A stretch of 64,000 nucleotides of DNA from Mobula hypostoma (lineage: Eukaryota): the NCBI RefSeq assembly GCF_963921235.1, contig NC_086097.1, positions 234,796,001 through 234,860,000 of the forward strand, written 5' to 3'. The notes under the pieces were generated by a model. The model saw only the letters and a program-made list of their open reading frames with translations, did not search any database and was not told the origin of the DNA. The translations under genes and the position numbers were made by a program. Shown in pieces: positions 24,061-36,837 of this stretch. The first letter of the stretch is position 1. Every line of letters begins with the position of its first letter.

Positions 24061-24608
24061 CAGCCAAAAGGCTAGAACTGTGCTGTAAAGTTCTATATCT
24101 GGAGTGATGAAGGGTTTCAACCCAAAACGTTGACCATCCATTTTCCTCCACACATGCAGTTTGATCTGTTAGTGCTTCTAGACCTATGTTTTTGTGACTA
24201 ATTCACTTCAGGGGTTTTAATCAAAATCAGCAGGCCTTAGCTTAAGTGCAATGTCCAGACCTGAATGCGGAGGTACCCGGAGGGAGTAATACTTTAGGAG
24301 GGGTCCAGATACTGAGAATTCTCAGGCCTCACCCAATAGAAATTCAGCTGGCTTCCAAGTCAAAACAAGATCACGCGATTTCCAGCCCTGTGGTGGGAAA
24401 CTGAAAATTTAAGGTATAATAAGAGAGGTGAAATTTCCGGTTTAGGCAGGGGGCAACTGGGAGATGATATGATAGACATAAATAAGGCACAAAGCCAGAA
24501 AAGGACCAGAAATATCGGAAATGATCCCATCTACCCTGCTTATGGATGGTTTGTCCCATCCCCATCAGGGAGGAAGGTAAACAACATCCAGGCGAGGACC
24601 ATAGACTT

Positions 24609-25888
24609 AGCATGGATTTGTGAAAGGAAAATCATGTCTGACGAATCTCATAGAATTTTTTGAGGATGTAACTAGTACAGTGGATAGGGGAGAACCAGTG
24701 GATGTGGTATATTTGGATTTTCAAAAGGCTTTTGACCAGGTCCCACACAGGAAATTAGTGTGCAAACTTAAAGCACACGGTATTGGGGGTAAGGTATTGA
24801 TGTGGATGGAGAATTGGTTAGCAGACAGGAAGCAAAGAGTGGGAATAAACGGGACCTTTTCAGAATTGCAGGCAGTGACTAGTGGGGTACCGCAAGGCTC
24901 AGTGCTGGGACCCCAGTTGTTTACAATATATATTAATGACTTGGATGAGGGAATTAAATGCAGCATCTCCAAGGCTGCGGATGACACAAAGCTGGGTGGC
25001 AGTGTTAGCTGTGAGGAGGATGCTAAGAGGATGCAGAGTGACTTGGATAGGTTGGGTGAGTGGGCAAATTCATGGCAGATGCAATTTAATGTGGATAAAT
25101 GTGAAGTTATCCACTTTGGTGGCAAAAATAGGAAAACAGATTATTATCTGAATGGTGGCCGATTAGAAAAAGGGGAGGAGCAACGAGACCTGGGTGTCAT
25201 TATACACCAGTCATTGAAAGTGGGCATGCAGGTACAACAGGCGGTGAAAAAGGCGAATGGTATGCTGGCATTTATAGCGAGAGGATTCGAGTACAGGAGC
25301 AGGGAGGTACTACTGCAGTTGTACAAGGCCTTGGTGAGACCACACCTGGAGTATTGTGTGCAGTTTTGGTCCCCTAATCTGAGGAAAGACATCCTTGCCA
25401 TAGAGGGAGTACAAAGAAGGTTCACCAGATTGATTCCTGGGATGGCAGGACTTTCATATGAAGAAAGACTGGATGAACTGGGCTTGTACTCGTTGGAATT
25501 TAGAAGATTGAAACGTATAAAATCCTAAAGGGATTGGACAGGTTAGATGCAGGAAGATTGTTCCCGATGTTGGGGAAGTCCAGAACAAGGGGTCACAGTT
25601 TGAGGATAAAGGGGAAGCCTTTTAGGACCGAGATGAGGAAAAACTTCTTCACACAGAGAGTGGTGAATCTGTGGAATTCTCTGCCACAGGAAACTGTTGA
25701 GGCCAGTTCATTGGCTATGTTTAAGAGGGAGTTGGATATGGCCCTTGTGGCTACAGGGGTCAGGGGGTATGGAGGGAAGGCTGGGGCAGGGTTCTGAGTT
25801 GGATGATCAGCCATGATCATAATAAATGGCGGTGCAGGCTCGAAGGGCCGAATGGCCTACTCCTGCACCTATTTTCTATGTTTCTATG
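24609..25888 (+). mobile_element. CR1 family A, 5'-truncated, inserted in an old Rex1-like 3' fragment
   Basis: ORFs 24620-25528 and 25534-25797 plus the octamer tail. The host (24490-24606, resuming at 25889) is homologous to 36340-36630. Confidence 0.95.
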
Positions 25889-27363
25889 AAACTGTTACTT
25901 CCCCCAAGCTGCCTGTCTACTCAACACCACAGATCATTAGCCCACCCAACCACCACTACATGCATATCGCCTGGCATCACTCTATGCATACACAATCAGT
26001 CTATGTGTAACAGTAACTTACACATTGTGTTTCAAAGGATTGCTTATCATGAGTCTTTCCATTGGTCTACTTGACCAATTGGTTCTAGTTGTCTACATGA
26101 TATGCGAGCCAGTACGCAAGCCAGGGTACTACAGTACGGAGAGCAAGCTGCTGCCCATGTAGCAGAGTCTCCCTGTGCACGCGGCAGATGAATACAAAGG
26201 AAGGGCGAAGGCTGATACAGTTCAGCACCAGCAGTGTCACAAGAGCTGCTAGTCAGCATTGAACTCAGTGTGGGTCTGCCTTAAGGGCTCCAGATCCACA
26301 TTTTCCCCCGCGGTTTACCACCAAAGCCTTGAGGCGTGGAGTATTGCTGCAAGGCCGAGAAGGCCTGAGATTAGAGTTTTACTTCTCCTGCATGTGCTGC
26401 CTACCACAGCCGACAAGCCCCATCAGCACAAAATGACTGCTTTTAAGGTATCAGCAACCCATCTGTATACTTTTCCCTTGCCTGTAAAAATAGTTTTGCC
26501 AGGCTTAGCAGTTAAGCCACATGTAATAGCCAGAGTTGGACTTGGTTATCAGAGGCTATTTGAGACATACCATTGGAATCATTTAATACCTAGAGGGAGT
26601 TTATGCCTACTACATCCTCTGACTATGTCAATCTTAGGGCACCAGGATTGCTCATATATTTATATCTATTACCTTTGGGTTTTTTTTTAGTTATTTATGC
26701 TTTTTGTGATTTTTTAATGCTGTATCTGAACTGGAGTAAAAATTATATTGTTCTCCTTTACACGTGTGTGCTGAAGAATGACAATAAACAATATATAATA
26801 TTGAAAATGTTTTCATCACATTAATTACAAAAACTATTCTACATTAAGGCACAGAAGTTAAGACAAAAGAACACAGCTTCAAAGTTTTAAAAGAATGATA
26901 TCAAAAAGTTCAGCACAGGAAGTCAATGCAAGTAAAACTCTGGGTTCGATTTTGCATAGGTATATTCAAATGAGTCAACGAGCTTTCCTCCTCTAAGTAT
27001 CCTGTGAGCAAATGTGCATTGATTGATAAACCCAATTTACTTGTTTTTTGGGTCAATAAATTGCTTTTATTTTTTCAGCCCAGACTAGATCTGAATTTAC
27101 TATTTGAAAAATCACCTGTAAAGATTTGGTCAGCGAGCGTTTCAATTACAATAGACTATTGAGGCAGAAAATCCTGTGCCATTTAATGAGGAATCAATGT
27201 CCTAATCCAACAGTCCATTAGCAAAAAAACCTGGAGGCTAAGGGAGAGGTGCCATTTATGTGAGGCGAACAACAAATTGGTAAATTTTGGTGAAGCACTG
27301 TTTATCACCAGGTCCACTAAAATTGATGGACTATTTCTGTTTTAACAGTAAAGGTATTATTCT

Positions 27364-29985
27364 AAACATAAAAACATAGAAAACCTATAGCACGATACAG
27401 GCCCCTCGGCCGACAATGCTGTGCTGAACGTGTACTTACTTACAATTTACCTAAGGTTACTCATTGCCCTCTATTTTTCGAATTTCCATGTACTTATCCA
27501 GGAGTCTCTTAAAAGATCCTATCGTAACCGCCTCCACCAACATCACCGGTAGTGCATTCCACGCCTTCACCACTCTGCGTAAAAAACTTACCCCTGGCAT
27601 CTCCTCTGTACATACTGCCAAACACCTTAAAACTGTGCCCTCTCATGTTAGCCATTTCAGCCCTGGGAAAAAAGCCTCTGACTATCCACATGATCAATGC
27701 CTCTCATCATCTTATATACCTCTATCAGGTCACCTCTCATCCTCCGTCGCTCCAAGGAGAAAAGGCCAAGTTCACCCAACCTACTCTCATAAGGGATGCT
27801 CCCCAATCCAGGCAGCATCCTTGTAAATCTCCTCTGCACCCTTTCGATAGTTTCCATATCCTTCCTGCAGTGAGGTGACCAAAACTGAGCACAGTACTCC
27901 AAGTGGGGTTTGACCAGGGTCCTATACAGCTGTAACATTACCTCTCGGCTCTTGGACTCGATCCCACGGTTGATGAAGGCCATTGCACCGTATTCCTTCT
28001 TAACCACAGACCCCAAGATCCCTCTGATCCTCCACACTGCCAAGAGTCTTACAATTAATACTATATTCTGCCATCATATTTGACCTACAAAAATGAACCA
28101 CTTCACACTTATCTGGGTTGAATTCCATTTGCCACTTCTTAGCCCAGTTTTGTATCCTATCAATGTCCTGCTGTAACCTCTGACGGCCCTCCACACTATC
28201 CACAACACCCCCAACCTTTGTGTCATCAGCAATTTACTAACCCATCCCTCCACTTCCTCATCGAGATCATTTATAAAAATCCCCAAGAGAAGGGGTCCCA
28301 GAACAAATCCTGAGGCACACCACTGGTCACTGACATCTATGTGGAATATGTCCCGTCTACAACCACTCTTTGCCTTCTGTGAGCAAGTTAATCCTGAATC
28401 CACAAAGCAAGGTCCACTTGGATCCCATACTTCCTTACTTTCTCAGTAAGCCTTGCTTACCTTATCAAATGCCTTGCTGAAATCCATATACACTACATCT
28501 ACTGCTCTACCTTCATCAATATGTTTAGTCACATCCTCAGAAAATTCAATCAGACTTGTAAGGCATGACCTGCCTTTCACAAAGCTATGCTGACTATTCC
28601 TAATCCTATTATTCCTCTCCAAATGTGCATAAATCCTGCCTCTCAGGATCTTTTCCAACAACTTACCAACCACTGAGGTAAGACTCACTGGTCTATAATT
28701 TCCTGGGCTATCTCTACTCCCTTTCTTGAATAAGGGATCAACATCCCAACTCTTCAATCCTCCAGAACCTCTCCCGTTTCCATTGATGATGCAAAGATCA
28801 TTGTTAGAGGCTCAGCAATCTCCTCTCTCGCCTCCCACTGTAGCCTGGGGTACATCTCATCCGGTCCCAGAGACTTATCAAAATTGACGTTTTCCAGAAC
28901 CTCCAGAAAATTCTCTTTCTTTATGTCTATATGCACAATCTTTTCAATCTGCTCTAAGTCATCCCTACAATTGCCAAAATCCTTTTCCTCAGCAAATATT
29001 GATTCAAGGTATTTCATTAAGTATCTCTGCTATCTCCTCCTGTTCCATACATACTTTTCCACTGTCACACTTGATTGGTCTTATTATCTCATGTCTTATC
29101 CTCTTGCTCTTCACATACTTGTAGAATGCCTTGGGGTTTTCTTAATCCTGCTTGCGAAGGCCTTCTCATGGCCCCTTCTGGCTCTCCTAATTTCATTCTT
29201 AAGCTCCTTTCTGCTAGCCTTATAATCTTCTAGATCTCTATCATTATCTAGTTTTATGAAGCTTTTGTAAGCTTTTCTTTTCTTCTTGTAAACATGAGGA
29301 ATTCTGCAGATGCTGGAAATTCAAGCAACACACATCAAAGTTACTGGTGAACATAGCAGGCCAGGCAGCATCTCTAGGAAGAGGTACAGTCGATGTTTCG
29401 GGCCGAGTCCCTTCGTCAGGACTAACTGAGCCTTTGTACACCATGGTTCCTGTACCCTACCATCCTTTCCCTGTCTTGTTGGAAAGCACCTATGCAAAAC
29501 ACCACACAAATATCCCCTGAACATTTGCCACATTTCTGCCGTTCATTTCCCTGAGAACATCTGTTCCCAGTTGATGCTACCAAGTTCCTACCTGATAGCT
29601 TCATATTTCCCCTTACTCTAATTAAACGCTTTCCTAACTGGACTGTTCCTATTCCTCTCTAATGCTATGGTAAAGGAGGTAGAATTGTGACCACTATCTC
29701 CAAAATGCTCTCCCGCTGAGAGAACTGACACCTGACCAGGTTCATTTCCCAATACGAGATCAAGTACAGCCTCTCCTCTTGTAAGCTTATCTTCATATTG
29801 TGTCAGGACACCTTCCTGAACACACCTAACAAACTCCAGCTAATCTAAACCCCTGGCTCTAGGGAGATGCCAATCAATATTTGGGAAATTAAAATCTCCC
29901 ACCATGATAACTCTGTTATTATTACACCTTTCCAAGATCTGTCTCCCAATCTACTCCTCAATGTCCCTGTTACTATTGGGATAGT
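27364..29985 (-). mobile_element. CR1 family C, degraded
   Basis: Minus-strand ORF fragments YRPVSLTSVVGK, YMDFSKAFDKV, LVKPHLEYC. Inverted tail aaacataaaaacatagaaaacc. Confidence 0.9.
29290..29429 (-). mobile_element. Penelope pseudo-LTR fragment with hammerhead motif, nested in CR1
   Basis: Reverse complement AGTC-CTGACGA-AGGGACTCGGCCC-GAAAC-ATC-GACT, near-identical to 55398-55535. Confidence 0.85.
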
Positions 29986-31172
29986 AGGATAGATAAAGGG
30001 AATGCAGTGGATATTGTACATTTGGACTTTCAGAAGACCTTTGACAAGGTGCCACACATGAGGCTGCTTACCACATTAAGAGCCCATGGCATTACAGGAA
30101 AGTTACTGGCCTGGTTAGAGCGTTGGCTGATTGGCCGGAGGCAGTAATTGGGAATAAAAGGATCCCTTTCTGCTTGGCTGCCAGTGACTAATGATATTCC
30201 ACACGGGCTGGTGTTGGGACTGCTTCTCTTTATGTTGTATATCAATGTTTGAAGATGATAGAAATAGTGGTGGATGGTGCAGGTAGTGTTGAGGAACCAG
30301 GAAGTCTGCAGAAGGATTTAAGACAGTTTAAGAGAATGGGCAAAGGAATGGCAAATTAAATAGTGTTGGAAAATGCATGGACATGCATTTTGCTGGGAGA
30401 AATAAATGTATAGACTATTCTCTAACTCAGGAGAAAATCCTAAAACCTGAGATGCAAAGGGACTTGGGAGTCCTTGTGCAGAAGACACTAAAGGTTAACT
30501 TGCAGTTTGAGTCGGTGGTGAGGAAGGCAAATGCAATGTTAGTATTCATTTCAAGAGTTCTAGAGTACAAGAGCTGGGTTGAGACGCTGAGGCTTTATAA
30601 GGCATTAGTGAGGCCTCACTTTGAGCATTGTGAACAGTTTTGGACTCCTCATCTCAGAAAAGATGTGCTGGCATTAGAGAGGCTTCAGAGGACGTTCATA
30701 AGTATGATTCCAGGAATGAAAGGGTTGTTACACAAAGAATGTTTGATAACTCTGGGTCTGTACTCGCTGGAATTTAGGAGGATGAGGGGAGTTCTCTTTG
30801 AAACCTTTTGAATATTGAAAGACCTAGACAGAGTAGATGTGGAAAGGATGTTTCCCATGGTGGGGGATTCTGGGCAAGAGGGCATAGCCTCAGGATAGAG
30901 AGGCGTCCATTTAAAACAGAACTGCTGAGAAATTTCTTTGGCCAAAGCATGGCAAATTTGTGGAATTTATTACCACAGGCAGCTGTGGAGGCCAGGTTGT
31001 TGGGTGTATTTAAGGCAGAGCTTGATACATTTTAGATTGGACATGGCATCAAAGGAGAAGGCTGGGGAGTGGGGCTGAGGAGGGGAATAAAGGATCAGCC
31101 ATGATTGACTGATGGAGCAGACTCGATGGACCAAATGGCCTTATAATGCTCCTATGTCTTATGGTCTTATGG
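29986..31172 (+). mobile_element. CR1 family B-like, degraded
   Basis: YLDFQK.FDKVPH...LVRPHFEHC... Tail tcttatggtcttatgg at ~31157-31172. Confidence 0.85.
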
Positions 31173-31424
31173 ACAGACAGATTTAGAGACTGGGCATAGA
31201 AACGACAGATGGAATACAGTGTCAGTAATTGTATGATCATGCACATTGGTAGAAGAAATGAAAGGACTGACAATTTTCTAAATGAAGAGAAAATACAAAA
31301 ACTGAGGTGCAAATGGACTTGGGAGTGCTTGTGCAAGATTCATTAAAAATTGATTTGCAGGTTGAGCCTGTGGTGAAGAAGGCAAATGCAATGTTATCAT
31401 TCTTTTCAAGAGGATTATTATATA

Positions 31425-33586
31425 CAGGTGCCTCCCGCTTTTCGAACGTTCGCTTTACGAAACCTCGCTGTTACGAAAGACCTACATTAGTTACCTATTT
31501 TCGCTAACAGAAGGTGTTTTCACTGTTACGAAAAAAGGCAGCGCGCGAAAAAAAGCAGCCTGCGAAAAAGAAATCAGCGCGCGATAAAAGTCAACGCGCG
31601 CCCCAAGCAGCCGCTCTCCCCCGGATTCGAAACTGCATTCTCGCCGGCAGTGCTTAAACACGTGCCTGCTAGCATCTGTGCTTTATGTCGATGTATTTTG
31701 AGCATCCGTTTGCAAGATGTGTTCTAAGGTATCGGAAAAGCCTAAAAGAGCTCGTAAGGGTGTTACACTTAGCGTAAAACTAGATTAAGCTAAAACTAAA
31801 ATTAAGCGTTTTGATCATGGTGAATGAAGTAAGGACAAAGTGAGTTTGGCTTGTGGAAACATAGAAACATAGAAAATAGGTGCAGGAGTAGGCCATTCTG
31901 CCCTTCGAGCCTGCACCGCCATTTATTATGATCATGGCTGATCATCCAACTCAGAACCCAGCCTTCCCTCCATACCCCCTGACCCCTGTAGCCACAAGGG
32001 CCATATCTAACTTCCTTTTAAACATAGCTAATGAACTGGCCTCAACAGTTTGCTGTGGCAGAGAATTCCACAGATTCACCACTCTCTGTGTGAAGAAGTT
32101 TTTCCTAACCTCAGTCCTAAAAGGCTTCCCCTCTATCCTCAAACTGTGACCCCTCGTTCTAGACCTCCCCAACATCGGGAACAATCTTCCCGCATCTAGC
32201 CTGTCCAATCCCTTTAGGATCTTATACGTTTCAATCAGATCCCCCCTCAATCTTCTAAATTCCAATGAGTACAAGCCCAGTTCATCCAGTCTTTCTTCAT
32301 ATGAAAGACCTGCCATCCCAGGAATCAATCTGGTGAACCTTCTTTGTACTCCCTCTATGGCAAAGACGTCTTTCCTCAGATTAGGGGACCAAAACTGCAC
32401 ACAATACTCCAGGTTGACGAAGATGATGTTGAAGAGGTTTTGGCATTCCGCGACCAAGAACTGATAGATGAAGAGCTGATACATTTGGAAGAGGAAAGGA
32501 TAACAATCAAAACCAGATGCAGTAGCGAACAGACTGAAGGTGAAGTCGTCTAGGAACTGAACGTGAAGCAACTGCGTGAGATTTTCGCTGCAATGATAAG
32601 GTACGACTTTAATTTTGAAAGGGTACGTCGGTTTAGGGCATATTTGCAGGATGGTTTGAGTGCTTACAAAGAACTGTATGATAGAAAAATGCACGAGGCT
32701 CAGCAGTCAAGCATACCGTCGTTTTTCAAGCCTTCCACATCAGCCACAGCAGACGACGAACCTCGACCTTCGACATCGAGGCAGGCAGTCAGAGGAGAAG
32801 ATGAGCTGCCTGCCCTGATCGACGATAAGATGACACCCCCATGTCCCACCACCCCAACCCCCAGGCCACGGACAGATACCGATTTGCGGAGAATGCAACG
32901 GTAGCCGGGAGGCACATCTTGTCAGCCCAGATCAGTGGCGATTGCCGATTGCGTCGCCTCTGATCTGGACCGATGTTTACGTGCCGGGTGGCACCTAATT
33001 AATTAGATTGTTTATTTCGGCTTTTTTCTTAAAGGTGTGCTTGGTGCGTCCCGGCTACCACTGCATTCTTCGCGGATCGGTATCGGTCCGCGGCCTGGAG
33101 GGTGGGGGCCACTGCACCACCCCAACCTCCGACGACTCAGCCTAACATACCATCATCAGTGTGCTCGGCGCTGTCCCAATTCCAGTAAGTGATATTACAC
33201 TGTACATACATTATTTCTACTTTATATAGGCTGTGTATTTTTATGTGTTATTTGGTATGATTTGGCAGCTCATAGCTTAAAGGTTACTGGAGACCGCTTG
33301 CGTGAGATTTTCACTACGGAGGACAGTGCAGGCAATGATTGTGGAAAAGTATTTCTACTTAAATAGGCTGTGTATTTATCATATCATTCCTGCTTTTACT
33401 ATATGTTACTGTTATTTTAGGGTTTATGTGTTATTTGGCATGATTTGGTAGGTTATTTTTGGGTCTGCAAACGCTCACAAATTTTTCCCATATAAATAAA
33501 TGGTAATTGCTTCTTCGCTTTACAACATTCCGGCTTACGAAACATTTCATGGGAACGCTCTACCTTCGGATGGCGGGGGAAACCTG
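31425..33586 (+). mobile_element. Tigger/pogo-like DNA transposon, internally deleted and non-autonomous
   Basis: TA TSD and imperfect TIRs CAGGTGCCTCCCGC...GCGGGGGAAACCTG. HTH-psq-like start M.SKVSEKPKRARKGVTLSVKLD..IKRFD.GE (from 31717) joins directly to the C-terminal EVDEDDVEEVL..QELIDEEL..YKELY.RK..QQSSIPSFFKP. No DDE core. Confidence 0.85.
31856..32414 (-). mobile_element. CR1 family A 3' fragment nested in the Tigger element
   Basis: LEYCVQFWSPNLRKD... to GYGGKAGF and inverted octamer tail. Removing it restores gtggaa-gttgacgaa (E-V-D-E). Confidence 0.95.
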
Positions 33587-34140
33587 TAATAGCAATGATG
33601 TAAAATGTACTGGTGAGGCCTCATTTGGAGCATTGTCAACAGGTATCTTAGAAAGGATATACTCAACCTGTCAAGGGTTCAAAGGAGGGTAACGAAAATG
33701 ATTCCAGGATTGAATGCTTTGTCACATGAAGAGTGTTTAATGTCGCTGGGCCTGTATCCACTGGAATTCAGAAAAATGACGGGCGATCTCATTGAATCCT
33801 GTGAAATGTTGTAAGGCCTCAATAGAGTGGATGTGGAGAGGATGTTTCCAATGGTTGGAGGGTCTAGGACTAGAGGACACAGCCTCAGAATAGAGGGACG
33901 TCTTTTTAGAACACGGATGAGGAGGAATTTCTTTAGCCAGAGAGTGGTGAATCTGTGGAATTTGTTGCCAGAGGTGCCTGTGGAGGCTGAGTCTCTAGGT
34001 ATATTTAAGGTAGAGGTTGACAGATTGGTCAGAGTATGAAGCAATATGGGGAGAAGGCAGGGGATTGAGGCTGAGAGGGAAAATGGGTTAGCCGTAATTA
34101 AATGGCTGAGCAGGTTTGATGGGCTAATTTTGCTCCTATA

Positions 34141-34510
34141 TAGAAACATAGAAAACCTACAGCACAATACAGGCCCTTTGGCTCACAATGCTGTGCTGAA
34201 CATGTCCTTACTTTAGAAATTACTTAGGGTTACCCATAGCCCTCTATTTTTCTAAGCTCCATGTACCTATCCAGGAGTCTCTTAAAAGACCCTATCGTAT
34301 CCGCCTCCACCACCATCGCCAACAGCCCATTCTACGTACTTACCACTCGGTGTAAAAAAAAACTTACCCCTGACATCTTCTCTGCACCTACTTCCAAGCA
34401 CCTTAAAACTGTGCCCTCTTGTGTTAGCCATTTCAGCCCTGGGAACAAGCCTCTGACTACGCACATGATCAATGCCTCTCATCATCTTATACACCTCTAT
34501 CAGGTCACCT
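34141..34510 (-). mobile_element. CR1 family C 3' fragment inserted in the tail of another CR1
   Basis: ORF 34282-34494, homologous to 27364-27735. The host tail resumes as tacggtcttatg. Confidence 0.85.
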
Positions 34511-35343
34511 TACGGTCTTATGCTCTAAGGTGAGAGGGAGCAGTTTTACATTCAAAGTTCAAAGTTCTAAGTAAATTTTATTATCAAAGTTCATATATGT
34601 CACCATGTACAACCCTGAGATTCACTTTCCAGTGGGCAAATCAATAAAATTCTAAGTATAGCAGGATCAATGAAACACCAACCAAAGTGCAGAAGACAAC
34701 AAACCTGTGCAAATACAAATATAAATAAATAGAAATAAATAATAAGAACATGAGATAATGAGATCGAGTGCTTTTACTGAGATTATTGATCGCGGTAACG
34801 TTTCAATAATGGCTCAGATGAGTGTAGTTATCCCCTTTCAAGAGAATCTGAGTGTGCATTTTTTGACAGAAGGTGAAAGGCACATGAACACGTTAGCAGA
34901 AGATGTGAGAGAAGCAGGTTCGACAGCAAAGTTTAAGAGATGTTTTGAGAGACATATGAGTGAGCAAGGAATTGAGGGATATAGATAACATGCAAGTAGA
35001 TGAGCAGGTTAAGTTGGTTACATGATTAGCACAGGTTTTGCGGGCTGAATGGCCTCTTCCTGTGCTGGTCTGTTCCACGTTCTATGATATCTGGAACCCA
35101 CTGTTAGGTTATGTGGTGGAGTGAGGTGCAAACATTATAATTAGGAGATATTTCAGAAGGTGTTAGTATAGGCAAGGCATATGGGCCGAATGCAGGCAAA
35201 CGAGCAGAAGGTAGGTAGCAGAAAGGCCAGCGTGGAGGTAGAGGGATGAAGCATCTTTTTCTCACATGTCTCATACCTCTATGGGTCAAAAATTGTGATG
35301 AACAGCTGTAAGTCTCATAATAATGTAGTTGCATGCACGTGCA

Positions 35344-35760
35344 TCCTCCAAGAGGACCACAGCCTTGTTGTGGTTTGGAGGCTTGTGTGCCTCAGTGGTC
35401 TGGACAGCTATGCTGACTGGAGTTAGGGCTTTATGTTTTGGCTTTTGGTAAGGTCACCAGGCCAAACAGGGCAAAGGACAGAGGCCGGACAGAAAGGGTC
35501 CACTGGTCTTCCAGGTTTGGGGGTTCAACTCAAGACTAACAACCCTGACTGATAAAACAAAATTGTTATGGAGCAAGCAATGAAGAATCCTTCTACATCT
35601 GAGTGTGGCAGTATTCCTGAGCCACCACCCGGAACTTGCATGGCTGACAGTAGCGAAAACTGAGCTACTGAGGCAGTGAAAGAAGCCAGGAGCACTACCA
35701 GAGATGGAGGATCTTCATTGCTGCCCTAGATGTCAGGAGTGTTACAGGAAGGAGAGGGAG
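35344..35760 (+). mobile_element. Non-autonomous bipartite RTE/BovB-like element
   Basis: gccttgttgtggtttggaggcttgtgtgcctcagtg..agctatg..ggtcacc (RTE 5' UTR-like) joined to gatggaggatcttcattgctgcccta (RTE 3' end-like). Confidence 0.65.
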
Positions 35761-36837
35761 AGGGAGAGGGATGTATATGTATGATGGAGCTTGAATTTTG
35801 TGGCAGCTACTATGAAAATCCCCAAAATTCCACATGGAATTGAGGACATTCTTGTCAATTTTGAGACCCTATATTGAACTTCGGCTCTGAGGATTAACAC
35901 ATAGGTGAGCTTAACTTGCCATAGGCAGTGGGTGGCACTAAAGGAATACTGCAGAAAATGCAAGGGAAATGTAATCCTTTATGAAAAACCCATAAATAAA
36001 ATGAATTGAACTTTCAATATTTTTACTAACATTTCTTTCCTCAATGCAGTAGGATTTATACCACCACCTTCCCCTTGATAGCACTTCTCCAAACAGTCCA
36101 ATCAGTGAGTTGTAATGTTATTACTGTCCCTAATGCTCTTGGCACTTTTCCATTTCTTGAAATGCTTCTGCATTCTCCCTGAGGAGTTTTTTGAGACCAG
36201 GTTAATATGCTTCAGATACCAGTGTGGACCTGGCAAAGACAATCTGATAAGGTGGAATATTTCCTCAACAGCGAGAGAATAGTAGCTGAATAGTAATGAA
36301 TATCCTTATTTCTTTGTGTATCACTCTTTTTATTAACTGTTTGAACTGCTCCCATTAGGGAAGAGATTACACAGGATCCATGCTAGGTCCACTCGACCCA
36401 AAAATAGTTACTTCTCCCAGGCTGTCAGACTGATCAACAGCTCCACCCGTTAACCCAGCCACCACTACATGTGCATCAGCCACTCCTCATCTCCCCCATA
36501 CATGTGTTCATTTTGTGTTTTTATATTCGTTGTGGTTTTTTTAATGCTGCATCAGATCTGAAGTAATGATCATTTTGTTCTCCTTTACACTTATGTACTG
36601 AAGAATCACAACAGATAATTTTGAATCTTGTATCAACATCAGTTTGTCCCGAGATGTAAAATTAACCAAAATCGCTAATGGAATGTTGGCCTTCATCCCA
36701 AAAGAATTTGAAGTAGCAAATCAAGAAAGTTATGCTCACATCTGACATTATCCAAGGTACCATTTTCAATTTTGAATAAGACTAGGTTTGATTCAATGGT
36801 TTTAGTGGAGGAAACAACACAGATTTATTATTATGTA

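Larger units (their letters stand above)
31173..34140 (+). mobile_element. Old CR1 3' fragment hosting the Tigger element
   Basis: QMDLGVLVQDSLK..VVKKANAML.F.SRGL.Y stops at TA 31423-31424. It resumes after 33588 (atagcaatgatgta) and runs to the 3' UTR. Confidence 0.8.

Noticed and set aside
31951..32694. 247-aa ORF as a novel fusion protein
   Set aside because: It is a chance read-through from antisense Tigger sequence into the nested CR1 C-terminus.
32563..32904. Domesticated TIGD-like host gene
   Set aside because: It lies between TIRs with a TA TSD, lacks the DDE domain, has upstream stops and is disrupted by a CR1.
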